A DNA stretch of 63,739 nucleotides, the filler included, from Octopus bimaculoides (Eukaryota), in assembly GCF_001194135.2 (NCBI RefSeq). It is 8 parts of 8 records of this genome, joined end to end, with 100 filler letters (N's around TTAATTAATTAA, not from the genome) between each part and the next. Parts side by side here need not be neighbours in the genome. Positions count along the whole stretch, not along the records: positions 32,975 to 55,009 come from NC_068981.1; 7 more parts are not named here. One strand, written 5' to 3'. Positions 39,600 through 53,700 of this stretch are shown piece after piece. The notes under the pieces are model-generated. The model saw nothing but the letters and a program-made list of their open reading frames with translations, searched no databases and was not told where the DNA came from. The stretch's first letter is position 1. Every line of letters begins with the position of its first letter. Both the position numbers and the translations under genes were made by a program.

Positions 39600-40500
39600 T
39601 GATTCAAGTGCATTAGATTAAAATCTTAAACAAAGCTAAATTACCACCTCTACTTCCTCCCAAAAAGAAAAGAAACTAAGGTAATAACCATTAATAATCT
39701 AGCTGGCCTAGTAATGTGTCATAGTTAAAAGATTCTCAGAATGAGGCTAAATAAACTTGCTAAACAAGACAAGAAAAAAAAAAAAAAAAAAAAAAAAAAC
39801 TAATGTAATAACTGCATTTATAATACGCCACCCAAAATCTGACATAAAAAAGATTATATTTACCGTGAATAATGATGTATGGTTCTAAACGCTACAAAAT
39901 TTGAACAAAACGCAAGACTATTTTGTCTTCAAAGAAGCCAAGAGAGATTGTAGTAATAGATAGTTGCAAAAGGAAAATAAAATCAACGGAAATTGTGCAG
40001 AGATCAAAAACTCATCAAAAGAATTTCATGCCAAGGCGATGGCAAGAATATCTTCTGCATGGCCAATATCAGGAATATTTTGGACAAATTGTAAAATAAA
40101 GAAAATCAAAACGTTGCTTGAGAAACATGGAATCAAAGCAGAAACTTAATTCTTAATTATGAAACAGAATCCAAAATTCCCTACGTATTGTATCATAAAG
40201 TAAAATGCGTTAACTGCAAAATGTACAAATGAAAGGGAAGAAAACAGCAAAATTACGTCTAGATATTCAGTCTTAGTATGTGCACTTTCAAGGGTATGAC
40301 AGACTCAGAGGCGTTTATTCAATGCAAAAGATGAGAACTTTAGGAAACTAAAAAAAAAAAAAAAGCCGTTCTAATCATACAACAGGAAAAATCTCAGAGA
40401 GGGATAAAGAAATAATACAGTGGATTACGTCCATCCATATAGACAAGGAGATTGAACTAAATTATTGACGATTCTGGTCAAGGAATTTTCCCTCAACCAA
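39600..40500 (+). mobile_element. Decayed Dong/R4-like LINE (RT C-terminus to RLE start)
   Basis: HPKSDIKRLYLP (39829-39864), RWQEYLLHGQY, GIKAET and IIQWITSIHIDKEI in the expected order. Confidence 0.75.
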
Positions 40501-41033
40501 AATATCATACGGTAATGTATAATTATTACCTGTTATTAATATACATTATCGTTACGGCAAGCTTTAGCAATCTTTATATAGAACTTAACGTGGGTGTTTT
40601 CTTAGAATGCTGAATAACGTGGTATGAGGACCTCTCATGCGGACACATACTGTTTAAAAGCGCATATATTTTTGTTATCGTAGGTCGCCAGAAGTATTAG
40701 ATCAGAAGCCATGAGGACCACTTCCTTGTATTGCATCAGGGTACAATATTATTGGATCCGGCTAACGGCTGAGTCAATATCGTAGGCCGCCAGAAGTATT
40801 AGATCATGTCATTTCGACGTACACTGTCTCTTTAGGGATAGCTGTCCCTTAGTTGCATTGCGGCCAAATTTAATTGCCAATGATATATAGAATCCCAGTG
40901 ATTTATTAGACACGGATGTCGTAAATGTCATTAACTTATTCGAAACAGAAGCAGTATGAATACCAATATGGTTCCAACTGAGGTAGATATTGCAGTATTT
41001 ACCGGAAAGGGACATCGCATATGAACATATAGT

Positions 41034-41095
41034 GCATAAAAGTACACATATTTATATTGTCGGTGTCAACGATATAAATATGTGTACTTTTATGC
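41034..41095. repeat. Perfect 24-bp inverted repeat with 14-nt loop
   Basis: GCATAAAAGTACACATATTTATAT / ATATAAATATGTGTACTTTTATGC. Confidence 0.9.
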
Positions 41096-41432
41096 TCCAA
41101 GCGTCTATACAAGAAGTCCTCACAAGTGAATACTGCAGATTTCGACGTTCTAACAAGGCGTCCATGTTCAGTTGAATATAAAGTTTGTCCTATAATTGTA
41201 TGTGACAAAGTGTCTCAAGAAGAAACGGACGAATTATTTTAATATAACGAACTGGAAATAATGATGAACTGAATGCGTGAACTTTAACGCAAAAATAATC
41301 ATTAAAATAATTAATAACCATAAAACTAGCATCTAAATATATCGCCAAACGTTAGGGCATCAGAATATGCTTAGCTTGCAAAAAATAACACATGTAGAGA
41401 GAGTACAGTCATTAAGTACTACCATCATAATG

Positions 41433-41486
<54 letters not shown>

Positions 41487-41838
41487 ATAGTAGTAGTAGT
41501 AGTAGTAGCAGCAGCAGCAGTAACAAGAACGATGTGATACAGAACACGATGATGTAAAAGAATCAGAGGAAAAGAACAGAAGGAGAAGAAGAAGAAGAAG
41601 AAGAAGAAGAAGAAGAAGAAGAAGAAGAAGAAGAAGAAGAAGAAGAAGAAGAAGAAGAAGAAGAAGACAAACCCAAGACATATGCATCAGCAAAATATAC
41701 AGAAAATAAAGCTACAAGGTATTGCTTAAATTTTACATCAATTTCAATAAAATACTAATAAGAAGACAAAAATACTACCCGTGCAATCGAGTTCTATGGA
41801 AATACACGAAAACGCTCGGTAAAATATATGGTTACTGA

Positions 41839-41943
<105 letters not shown>

Positions 41944-42309
41944 CCTAGGACTGCTCGTGGAAACCTCACAAATCCACGACAGTCCTGACCACCATGGTAA
42001 GCACCTTCTCATCTTTGTCTACGGGCGCATGTTTGGAGTAGTCCCATCATTCGGGCCATTCTTGCAGCATTCACCAACTTTTAAGCAAAATTGCTGGTTG
42101 GGGTGGGGGCAGAATTTTTCTCTTCACCCTCACTTTCCTTTGCATGTGAAACTTGAAAAGGTTGATAAGGTTTTGGCCAAAGAGGAAAGTGACTCTTCAG
42201 CCCTTTCAGATTCGTCCATCACACAAAGAATTTTGCTATGGCTAACAGGCAAATAAAAACAGCCTGCCCTTCCTGGTCAAAGAAAAGCAGCTAGACTATC
42301 TTCACAATG

Positions 42310-42860
42310 GACTCAGCCGTTAGCCGGATCCAATAATATTGTACCCTGATGCAATACAAAGAAGTGGCCCTCATGGCTTCTGATCTTAAATTGGAAGTGC
42401 TATCCTATACATGTTTTGTCTTGATGCAAAAGACGGGCTACAACAATTATTCTGCTCAAAACCATAAATATGCTTTTCACTTCTTTTACTTTAACCGGTT
42501 GAGCATGTCACTTAGTGGCTGACGATATGTGCATCTCTGATCACAAGCAGGATTGGTGGGGGAGAAATCTTTAGGTGTGAATAATTCATGTCTGGAAACA
42601 TGGATGTTTGGTTCATCATCCTTAAACAAACCTTTTTTAAGGAACTTTTGAATGGAATAGGCTACAGGACCTGAAGAAAATTCTAATAGTCATGCGCTGT
42701 TTATCTTGATAAGAAGAGATCACCATGTTGCGCAAATATGGTTGTAATGCATGTGCCTGGTGTACTCTTATCAGACGGGTAGTCACGATGAGTATCCTTA
42801 TCACACGGTGGTAATGATGACATCAATGTCACTTGATGGCACACATTGCTCTCTCACTCA
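42310..42860 (+). mobile_element. Interspersed retroposon-like repeat ending in a trinucleotide tail
   Basis: Resembles, from memory, a common Octopus repeat (CATGGCTTCTGATCT...TTATCAGACGGGTAGTCA...CTCTCTCACTCAATA) followed by (CTA)n/(AAT)n. Confidence 0.5.
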
Positions 42861-42931
42861 ATACTACTACTACTATTACTTCTACTAGTACTGTGCTGCT
42901 GCTGCTGCTGTTGCTGTTGCGGCTGCTGCTG

Positions 42932-42973
<42 letters not shown>

Positions 42974-43354
42974 GCAATAATAATAATAATAATAACAATA
43001 ATAACAATAATAATTGAATGATAATTTACGAATGATCCCTGGCTTAACATCCATCCATACAGGAAGCGCAAAAGATTGTCTCAACTGGTACGTCATACGT
43101 ACTGAGAAGAGCATTGTCACTGTGCATTTTCTTTCCCTTTTTCCCTTTTATTTTCTTTGTTTACTTTTTTATTTTTTTCCTTTTCTCTGTTTTGCTTCCC
43201 TTTTTTCTCTAACACATGACTTTCTAAATGAACAATCTGGTGTATTTATTTTAATGGCCTCCCAACGTATAGAGTGCGTTTCTTTGCCCTAGGTGTCAGG
43301 AAGACACTCGGCAAGAAATAGAAACAGAATTGAAAGTAGACGATAATAATAATG

Positions 43355-43405
<51 letters not shown>

Positions 43406-43639
43406 GTTTCTTTCATTCACCTCCAAAACAAAATATGAGGGGGCAATAAAAAGGCAGACATAAAAGTTTTGGGATTTACATACAATGAAATTACAACAAA
43501 AAAAAAAGAGTATGTGTGAAGAAACCATGCACAGCATTCAAGGAAACAAAGAAAGTAAGCATACATTGTATAAAGACCCACTTTGGTCATGAATTACCAT
43601 GGGATTGCACTTATAAATTTACTTTGAAGCACAAGACCA

Positions 43640-43810
43640 GGCAACTTGTTTATGGAAGACCAACGGTCGCCAATGCATACCAGTCTCTTCTCTCAACGGC
43701 ACCGATGTTATGCAACGGAAACGAGAAACTTGGCATCAGTGACGTCGCAACTCTTGTCTATAGATGAGTGAACTGGAGCAACGTGATATGAAATATCTTG
43801 TTCAAGAACA
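43640..43810 (-). mobile_element. SINE fragment (second family)
   Basis: GAGTGAACTGGAGCAACGTGA..TGAAATATCTTG.TCAAGAAC, the reverse complement of the core at 12310 and 58570. Confidence 0.6.
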
Positions 43811-43824
43811 GAATTGGAAAAAAA

Positions 43825-44033
43825 AATTTTTGGAACACGGCTGGCAGTTTCGGGGTAGGTGGTAACCCGATTGCATCGACTCCTAGTGCTCAGGTGATAT
43901 TTATTTTATAGAACCAGAGAGGAGGAAAGGTAAAGAGGACCTCGGAGAAATTTGAACTCAGAACGTATAGCGGGACGAAATACCACTATGCATTTTTCCG
44001 ATGTGCAAATCATTCCCTCAGCTCGCCCCATTG

Positions 44034-44088
<55 letters not shown>

Positions 44089-44505
44089 TTATGATGATGA
44101 TGATCATGATGATATAATAATAATAATAATAATGGTTTCAAATTTTGCTACAAGAGCAGCAATTTTGGGCGAGTTACTTATTTTATCGACCTCAAAATTC
44201 GACATAATTTGATTTCAGAACGTAGCGACGTGCGAAATGACGCTAAGCATCTTGTCTAGCGTGCTAACGATTCTGGCAGCTCACTACCTTATTCATGATA
44301 GTAATCCTATCTGAAATTGTTTTTGGTGGGGGGGAGGGTAGTCGATTACATCGACCGCAGTGCTTGACTCTAGAACAATGCTATGTGCAAGGCCAAAATA
44401 TATGGCACCCTAGTAATAACATCAACTTGAGCTTCTACCTCGTCTCTTGAGGTCTCTGAGTGAGGCTTGTAATCAGCTTGTACAAATATAAGGCAAGCAT
44501 CAAAC

Positions 44506-44582
<77 letters not shown>

Positions 44583-45000
44583 GTGTGCAGTACCCAGAAA
44601 ATTGCACTACTGGGTACTGCACACATTCTACGCAAAACACTTTCAATACCGTAAACATAAGAGCACCACAGCAAACCACAGCACATACCCAAGGCGCACA
44701 GAGCTGCGCTCGGTAGTGAAGTGAAAGCACGTTATAAAAATAAAACTACCGAACAATAACAATAATAATAATAATAATTATTATTATTATTATTTCTACT
44801 CTAGGTTGAAGGTGTTGAAAATTTTTGGAGAAAGGGATTAGTCAATTATATCGACCCCAGTGCGTAACTGGTACTTATTTCATCGATCTCGAAAGGATGA
44901 AACACTAAATCGACCTTGGAGGAATTTGAACTTAGAACGTAGCGACGGGCGAAATAACGTTAAGCATTTTGCTAACGATTCTACCAGCTCGCCGCCTTGA
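43825..45000 (-). mobile_element. Chain of three same-family tRNA-derived SINEs (43825-44035, 44130-44290, 44790-45000) separated by (TAA)n
   Basis: Each contains GACCTC...AATTTGAACTCAGAACGTAGCG..CGAAAT..C..T(A)AGCAT..AACGATTC..CAGCTC. Confidence 0.75.
44580..44745 (+). mobile_element. Extreme 3' end of a Dong/R4-like LINE inside a (TAA)n tract
   Basis: QKIALLGTAHILRKTLSIP* (stop 44652-44654), short 3' UTR and (AAT)n tail; homologous to the end of 26735-27290. Confidence 0.8.
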
Positions 45001-48000
45001 AAACAATAACAACAATGGTAATGATAATGATAATGATTATAATGATGATGGTGATGTTGATAATTTATATATTTAAAATATTACTATTAAAGAAATTGTG
45101 AAGAATTTACAGGAGAAAAAACAGAAGCGGAAGAAAAGTAAAACAAGTGAAAGATGAAGAAGAAAAAGGAAAGAGGGGAGGAAGAATTGGTGAATGATAA
45201 TAAGTAGTAAATATTCTTTATATGCAAATATATTTTATTTGAGAATGCTAATATCAACAATTTGTCAGAGGTGTATTAACACCGAATAATACTCTATAGT
45301 TTAACAAATGGAAACATCTCAAATGTAAGCTGTTGCATCGTTGTTCAAATCTATCGGCTTATAATTCTGATCTAGAATGCCGTTCTAATGGTCGAAAGAC
45401 TTTCCGTTACGAGGAATAGATGTTATATTTGACAACCCCATGGAATTGATGAAGAAATTATTTATGCAACCAATTGATCTTTATCTTCATATTGAACGAA
45501 AGCAACACGTTTGTTACAACCGATACTAATTCCGAGTATGATCATTGACAAAAGAGTTACTAGAGAATGTGCACAAAATATAAAACGTTTAAGAAAAGGG
45601 AAGACACGTGTTTGGTACTAAAGTTAATGACGTTTGTCTTGTTGCCATCGAAATATATCGCTAATTACTTGGCTTTGTATCCATGGAAAGTTAGGAAAAT
45701 GACCATTTTTGAACATGTATGTACATGTATATATCGATACATAGAAAGCAGTGGTATTGGGTTGGTAGAGAGAGAGAGGGAAAAATCCTTTAGCTGCGTG
45801 TGTTAGTTGCTCAGTGCTTGGGGAAATTCCATTCGAAATTATTGAGAAACGATACGTTTATCCTCACTTACTTCAAAAGCCACAATATTGCTACCCAGAT
45901 TGCAAATTAACATTTGCACTAATAATCATACGTACAATTGACTATAGCAATAAAGATTTAAATGACAGATGCTGGAGGAAAGATGTTATACAACGAATGT
46001 GACCATCTGGACCGAATACTACAAATTCAATCTGTACGAATAACAATAGAAATATGCATGACTAAGAAGCTCTTTAATTTCGTTGCTATCAAAATCCTAA
46101 AGAGGAAGCGTTGTTCCTTAGAAACCAATAAATTTTTGAATACTATAAAAGTAAAAGAAAAAGGAACATCTATCCCTTTCTCTCTGTCAACTAGTACTGT
46201 TCTGATATATTTATGGGCGCACGCGCGCGTGTGTGTGTGTATGTGTGCGTGCGTGTGTGCGTGTGTGCGAGTGTGTCTGTGTGTGTGTTTGTGCAGTGTC
46301 ATTTTTTGCTCAATACCACGCAGAAGTAGAAGCGAAAGTACATTCGGATGAATGCCATATGTTGCAACACGCAACATCTAAGTGATTATCGGAAACATTT
46401 TAATATTTACCAGACGAGTGTATCAGATGTAGATATAAAATAATATAATTCGAAGATGTTGATTTTACAAATAGATACGAGCAACTACTGCTTTGGGATT
46501 CATGTTTGCTCATATATGTGTATGCCAATGTTGTATTTTAATTTTCGAAACAAATTATTGCAAGTTATTTTATATATCATTATTAGGCTAATTATTATTT
46601 TTTTTTCACCGACACACACAAGCATACACATAGCCACACACACACAGACACACACACCTTCACTTTTATGCTGACATACAGACTTACATCCAACGCACCG
46701 AAGCAAATTATTAGATATGTCGATATTAAAATAATACTATTTTTTTTCTGTAGCCTTATCCTATGCCCATGTTTATTATGTATAATCGAGTGCAACACTT
46801 TGTGTGTTGAATACAAGCAGTACCAAACGAGCAGTATCGTTGTTTTAATTTGTTTTATTGTTGTCCTGAACATGCCTAGAAGTGCTATTTTCTGTATATC
46901 TTTCAGACGTTTAAACTCGTGGTGTTGGTTTTTGCATTCACCTTCATATTTTTCGGTTCATTTCCATTGCATTTATTATAGAGATTATTTCAATTTCAGA
47001 AATTGTTCCTATACTATTTTGATATAAAGAATATATGAAAATCTGGAAGTCTTCCTATTCAGGCACGAAAAAAAAAAAAAGTTTCTTGCTTGACCATTCG
47101 TATCCTGTCTATGCAGATTCGCAAGTAAGAAACGGTAAAATACTGTTACATCTGAGGCAGAAAACTGAAGGAACATAAATACATACAGAACCCGTCACTG
47201 TGTCTAATAATATCCTATGTGTGAGATGAATATGAATTTCGCCTTTGAAAGTATTTAAAATCAAAAGTTATTGTAGTGTATATCAGTCATTTGTTCAAGC
47301 ATTAAAAATTTTGTTTTTGTTTTACATTCTTGAGTCATTGACTAATTCTTTCTCTGAACTGCATTAGCGTAGACATTTTTGTTTGGCCACATTTGTCATC
47401 GTTATCCCATGCACACTATTTTACCTGCCAAATGGGCTGATTTCTTCGATGCAGAAAAGCAGACTGAGACTGCAATAACCGCTGAAACTAATTAATTGAG
47501 AAAATATATCCACATACTGTACTTGTTTTGAATCCTTTTGTAAATTAGTCATATAATGTAATGATTAAAAAATATGTTATGACGTATGTAGTCCTTTCTA
47601 GACAATTCAGACAAATGCAGCTTGTGCCAAGTTCAATTTTAAGCAGAAAAGTTTTCAGTAAGGATACAAGAGACATGTATCACAATTTGCAACATAAGGA
47701 GCTCCGATAAAGTACCCCAACAAACTGGTGGAAATTTTAAATGTATAATGATCTCAGACTCACTACTGATATATGTACGTGCATTTTGAGAGTGCTAGTT
47801 TTGTCAATAAAAACATACACTGGCTGCATTTATATTTGATTGATTAATTAATCAAAGATTTTGCACCATTGTTTTGTCAGAATTCTTTTGTCACTGTTTT
47901 TGACGTAATCAACAACCACCCGAGTTGTTCTCTATATCGATATAATTTTAAAAAAATACAGGGATATCGGGAAAATTGACTTTCAGTTCATATGCACTAA

Positions 48001-49233
48001 CAACAACAAACACAGGAACAATATAAGCAATACGTGTGCGATTTTATTGTAAAACAAACCCATCCAAATACAAACCTTTTGTTTCAATATACGATTCAAC
48101 AGCAAATATTGCCTCCAATTCCAGTCTTTCTATTCCACTGCCTGCTTTTATTCTACCCTAGACCTGTTATGCAAACAAACATCTTTTATTCGGTATCATA
48201 CGCTTGCACTCATTATCTTTCTTCTAATTGAGATTTCTTGTCTGTTTTTAAAGATATCAAGAAAAGTCAGAATCACTCCTGTTACTTCATTTGCCATATT
48301 TAGATATAATATACAATCCTCTTTATATTTTAAAGCTTTTTCAAGCATCTGCATTCCTTTGTCTGACTTCCTGTTTTATTTGTTTGCACCTTTTTGCTTC
48401 ATACTTTTTATTCGTGCTATCAGCATGATTTTTACTAATGTATGTGTGTGTACACCCACACCCACGCATACATACATACACACATACGTATATATTACAT
48501 ATAAGTATCAAGAAGAAAATCATAAAATCAAATTATACAGACATGAACGACGAACACAGATAGCACTGCACTTGAAAATATACCTACTGATGCTTAAAAT
48601 CTAATATGTAGTTTCAATACGAAATCCATGAGAAATTAATTGAGAAGATATAGAAATATTTCTCTCACTCTTCCGAATATCTACATTTCTAAAGAATCCT
48701 AGCAATTAATTATTTTAGCTTGTAGTTTTATTCCTTATTCAATTCATATATAATTTGTTGTTCTAATACCTGCTCAACATATACATGTTTATCTTGTTTT
48801 CATTTATTGTATGCATGCTACATAAATGTCAACATTCGTCGGTTTCAAAAATATAACACTTTCATGTGACTCAGTGCGAAACATTTGTATATGGAGTTGC
48901 ATTATTAATCAAATCGATTGTTGCGGATTAGTACCGCGAAACTCACGTACATGATATCGTTCCTTACCGGGATTTTCTATGAATTTTATTTAAACTTCTA
49001 TTTTCTGAACATAGAAGCTGTGCACTAGCTCACTCAATCCCACCCAATATCCTCGCATCTGTACAAGTTTTTCATTGTATTCAGTATTTTTAACCATAGA
49101 AAATCAAGTTGAATATCAACTGCATCGATTTCTTAAATCTGGTGTTGTTTGGAAATGTCAGTGATGACGCTCCATGAATTTGGGTAGTTTACGTTTTACA
49201 ATCCTATGTTTTCATTTCTATGATTGCACAGGC

Positions 49234-49338
<105 letters not shown>

Positions 49339-49959
49339 TGTAATTGAACAAACTTAAAAAAGGTAACACTGAACACATTAAGTCGTCAGTATAATAAAAG
49401 TGTTACGTAATTTACAATTCAGAGTGATCAAATCATACCAACACATTTAGGTATACGGATATAGATGCCTACCTTTGATGGTTTAGGAAATATAATGAAC
49501 CCTCGAAAATATAAATATGCATTTACGTTTGATTACATACACACACACACACACATAGTCAGACATTCATACGTAAATACATGCATACATACACACACAC
49601 ACATACACAGACATACGCATACATGCATACAGCCAAATGTAATGATGCTTTGAAAATATAAGGAGTATCACTTAACCAACGGAAAGGTCTTCATAATTCT
49701 CTCTCTTTTAGAAGCACTCGGCCAGATTGCGGATTGCTATCTGAAACTTTTGGAACAATTTCTTCTTTTAAGCATCTTGTTCAAATACAAGTAACACAGT
49801 ATGGGGGAACTGAATCAAATTAGTTTACATGAGCCTTCAAACGGGAAACGACAGGAAAGAAACTAATAAAAATGAATTGTTATGTTGTTTCAACAATCTA
49901 TACCTTTAAAGTTTATATATGCTGATAGCATTTTTGACACTAAACGATGAATGCATACA

Positions 49960-50161
49960 CGAGGATGCGCTATAAGGGTCTCACAAAAGGCTTGGCCGGA
50001 GGCCTAACCTTCAGAGTTCTTTTACGGGGCTTATAAAAAATTGAAGGACTGCTGCAATAAGTGTGAATCTGAGAGAGGAATATATTGAATGAAATCATAA
50101 TTAACTGATTCTCCTTCATTTTATTTTGCCCAAAGCAGGGGTACTTTTCAGTGCCCCCTCG
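49960..50161 (+). mobile_element. Mariner-derived MITE (~200 bp)
   Basis: Right TIR GTACTTTTCAGTGCCCCCTCG followed by TA, decayed left TIR CGAGGATGCGCT, and the residual transposase end LKDCCNKC / VNLREEYIE*. Confidence 0.7.
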
Positions 50162-50843
50162 TAGGAATATAGAATGTTTCTGCAGTGATGACATAAAAAA
50201 ATATTAAGTAGAAAATGAACCCACTTCGTTCATATAGTCTGATGGTAGCTTGCTGCAGTCTGTCATTGCATTGACTTATACGTATCTGTCACGGGATCGA
50301 TTTCTAATGAGATTTAATCCACTAAACAAGTAGTAATTGTCAAAGACATACATATCATTATTTGGAAAGATTTATTGAATTGAAACAATTTTCGGGAATA
50401 ATGGGAACCGACACATTTGAAGAGTACTGGTTTATGACGATTATATGGTACTAACTGCATATAAAATACCTCTCTCCAAAAACTCAAACTCCTAAAATTA
50501 CAGAATTTTCAGAAAGAATTTCCTGAGCACCAGTCATGACAAATTTTATAACAAAGTTTTGTAAATTGCTTTTCACGAATTAATATAACAGCAAAAAGTA
50601 TTTTAGAAGTATTTTCTATGCATCATCAGATACTACAGGAACTCCTAGACTATACGCTGTGCATCATACAGTTGTACTTGTTTCCCCTTGGTATTTGGTG
50701 AAATAGTCTTCTGTTTCTACCTTATGTGTGTAAAATTTACCTGATTATGGCGAGTATTTATTATGATTGAATCTAAGAATATATCAATAAAAATGCTGCC
50801 GAAACAGCTATTGTGTGTTTTGAACCCAAATTGTGTTCTTTTA

Positions 50844-50902
<59 letters not shown>

Positions 50903-50945
50903 CTATTTACCTCTCTCAGTGACAGTCTGTGTGTCTGTCTGCCTT

Positions 50946-50978
<33 letters not shown>

Positions 50979-51994
50979 GATCGCTATATCCACAAGTTTT
51001 TTTTTTATTATTCTTTCTCCGTTTATTTTCTCTTATTCCTTTCTTTTAAAGAGCGTAGGCTCATAAAGTAAAAGACTCTCACTTTCCCTAGTTGTTCACA
51101 CACGTGTCATCGCTTTTGTTTTTTTTCTGTAAATTTCGACTATGTCGACTATGTCGACTCTCAATATATATACATACATACATACATATGNNNNNNNNNN
51201 NNNNNNNNNNNNAGTATATCTCATTATAAATTGCTATATGTACGGAAAATGCTTCATGCTTATGCATGTGTCTGGATGTACTATCATCAAAGAATGACGT
51301 TAATGTATATCACTGTAATAATAGAAAATAAATACAAACAGCTTTTCTAGAAAAAGGCTAGAAAAATCCTCAATATATGTTCATACTAAAATGGTCCCGT
51401 AAATCCTAAACTGCCACAAAAATCCTACTTTACAAATTTTTAATAGAAATGTAATCACAGCAATTCAGCATAGTCTGACATATGTTCTCAAAACCTAATT
51501 TTCTACAAATACTATGTTTCTGAGCCCTAAAAGCAAAAAAAAAAAAAAAAAAAANNNNNNNNNNNNGCACCAGCATGACCGCAGCCACTTGGCTGAAACA
51601 CATAAATAAATAAAAAAAAAAAACTATCTCGTGACATGAATTTGACACACCTGTTTACAGAGTTAATTCTACGCTAATTAAAACACAAATAGTAATAAAA
51701 TTCCAGTAGTGAACCACAATCAAATCGCCTGATAATGACTTTCAACCAACCCGCACCCAACAAAAGCATACACACCTCCTATCCTCCTCTATTCCTTTTC
51801 CTACACAAATACTTCCAGGGGATTCTTTTACTACGCTTAAGTACCAGTTTTGAAAGTCCCATCTATACACCTCCTAGAAAATCAGCTTTCCAATGACTAT
51901 CATAAAAGTAATTGTAGCTCGACCTGATGTAGGCAAGAAAACTAAAAACTTCGAAGTCTCTGTCAAAGATTTTCTTGATAAGTTTAATATATAC

Positions 51995-52068
<74 letters not shown>

Positions 52069-52921
52069 ATATATTAAACTTTTAAATTGTAAATTTAGTT
52101 GAAATATATTCATTGCTGAATTTATTCTGAATATATACGTGTACCGAGATGCAATTCGAAAAGCCCACCTGAGTGAACAACTGTATGTACTATGCTGGAT
52201 ACATTTGGTGTTCGTCTGGTATGCTGATTTTTTTTGTTTATTTTTATGTGTCTTGATTATGCCTGCACTGACGATTAAAAAGTGCATTTTGTGCACTAAT
52301 TATGAAATCATATGGTCTGCGACTGAATCTGTCTTTAAGGGGCTCGCTCCGAGAGTTGCATTCCCCCGCGTTCGGTACAATGTGTTTATTATAGTAGTGT
52401 TGAATTTAAGAATCCCTCATAACGTGAGGCACTTATGTATAGCAATGACCTTAATATAAATATACATACACACACGCACATACACACACGCATGTATATG
52501 CATGTATATATTAATGTTTATTAACTGTATCTACAACGTATTTTACCATAAAACTCTGAAATAATCAAGGAAACAAGTTATTTTTGGACGTTGGTCTTAC
52601 TCATAATTGGTTACGCATGTCCAATACAGAATAAAAATGGTAATTAATGCTAAAGAAGGGTCAAACAGATATTAAATCTAATGTATATTGTGAAATAAAC
52701 CATAATCTACCATGTGCACGAGTTTCATTAACATTGAGATGGCAGAACCCCAAAACATTGGGGTGGCCTAATGCTTTTGGCGACAACGTATATAACATAT
52801 ATATATTTACATATATATATTATATATATACATTCATATAGAGATAGATATACTTAGGTATATATATATATATATATTTACATCTATCTTTCTATAAATA
52901 TATACATGTATACATAATTCT

Positions 52922-52963
<42 letters not shown>

Positions 52964-53134
52964 GTTATTTTAATCCGGTCAGATCTAGGTTTCAAAATGT
53001 TTTTAAGTAATAAAATTTGCTAGGCGAATTTCTCATCAGTGACGGCGGCATAACACTAACATATAATTAAGAGAGGAATAACACGTGTCTCATCGTTATA
53101 CATCATATTTTTTTCAAATTCACCACGCAAGCGC

Positions 53135-53700
53135 AGTTCAAGTTGGTGTCTACATTCCTTCAGGAGACTAGCGGGGTATCTATCAGCGTCTACGGCAGAA
53201 AAATATTTGACCTCATTTATTGCTGCTACGATGTCTGAGGCAGTGACGTTTACGAACCACCTCAAAGAAACTACAAACAGTGGCTGATGTCCCACAGGGC
53301 ATTGTCTTGGAACCACTGCTTTACATAGATATGACCTCAACTGTCGGTATAGCCACCTCGCTAGCTACGCAAACGATACGAAATTCTCGCAGTAATACAA
53401 AAGTTTATCGATGTTACACACATGCAGCAGGAGCTGGACGCAATTTACAGATGGACTGGGGACAATAATATGCAGTTTAATGCTGGAAAATTCAAAGCCC
53501 TGCGCTACCAGTGCCAAAAAGAGAACGAGAACCTGACAGGGTACGCTGGCGGAGAGGCGATTACAATCCCAGAACCATGAGTGATGATGCCTCTTTCCAA
53601 GAGCACATAACCAAGATGGCGAGAAAGTCCAGACGACTGGCTGCCTGGATCTTGAGAACATTCAAAACTAGAGAGACGGTCGTCTGGAGGACATGTTATC
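53135..53700. mobile_element. CR1-like LINE fragment with inverted 5' part
   Basis: Minus strand 53135-53260: DIVAAINEVKYFSAVDADRYPASLLKEC. Plus strand 53270-53700: DVPQGIVLEPLL, SYANDTK, WTGDNNMQFNAGKF, WILRTFKTR. Confidence 0.8.

Noticed and set aside
51875-51990. Protein-like open segment KISFPMTIIKVIVARPDVGKKTKNFEVSVKDFLDKF
   Set aside because: Plausible acceptor but no good donor; it runs into a TA/TG microsatellite and is not recognised.
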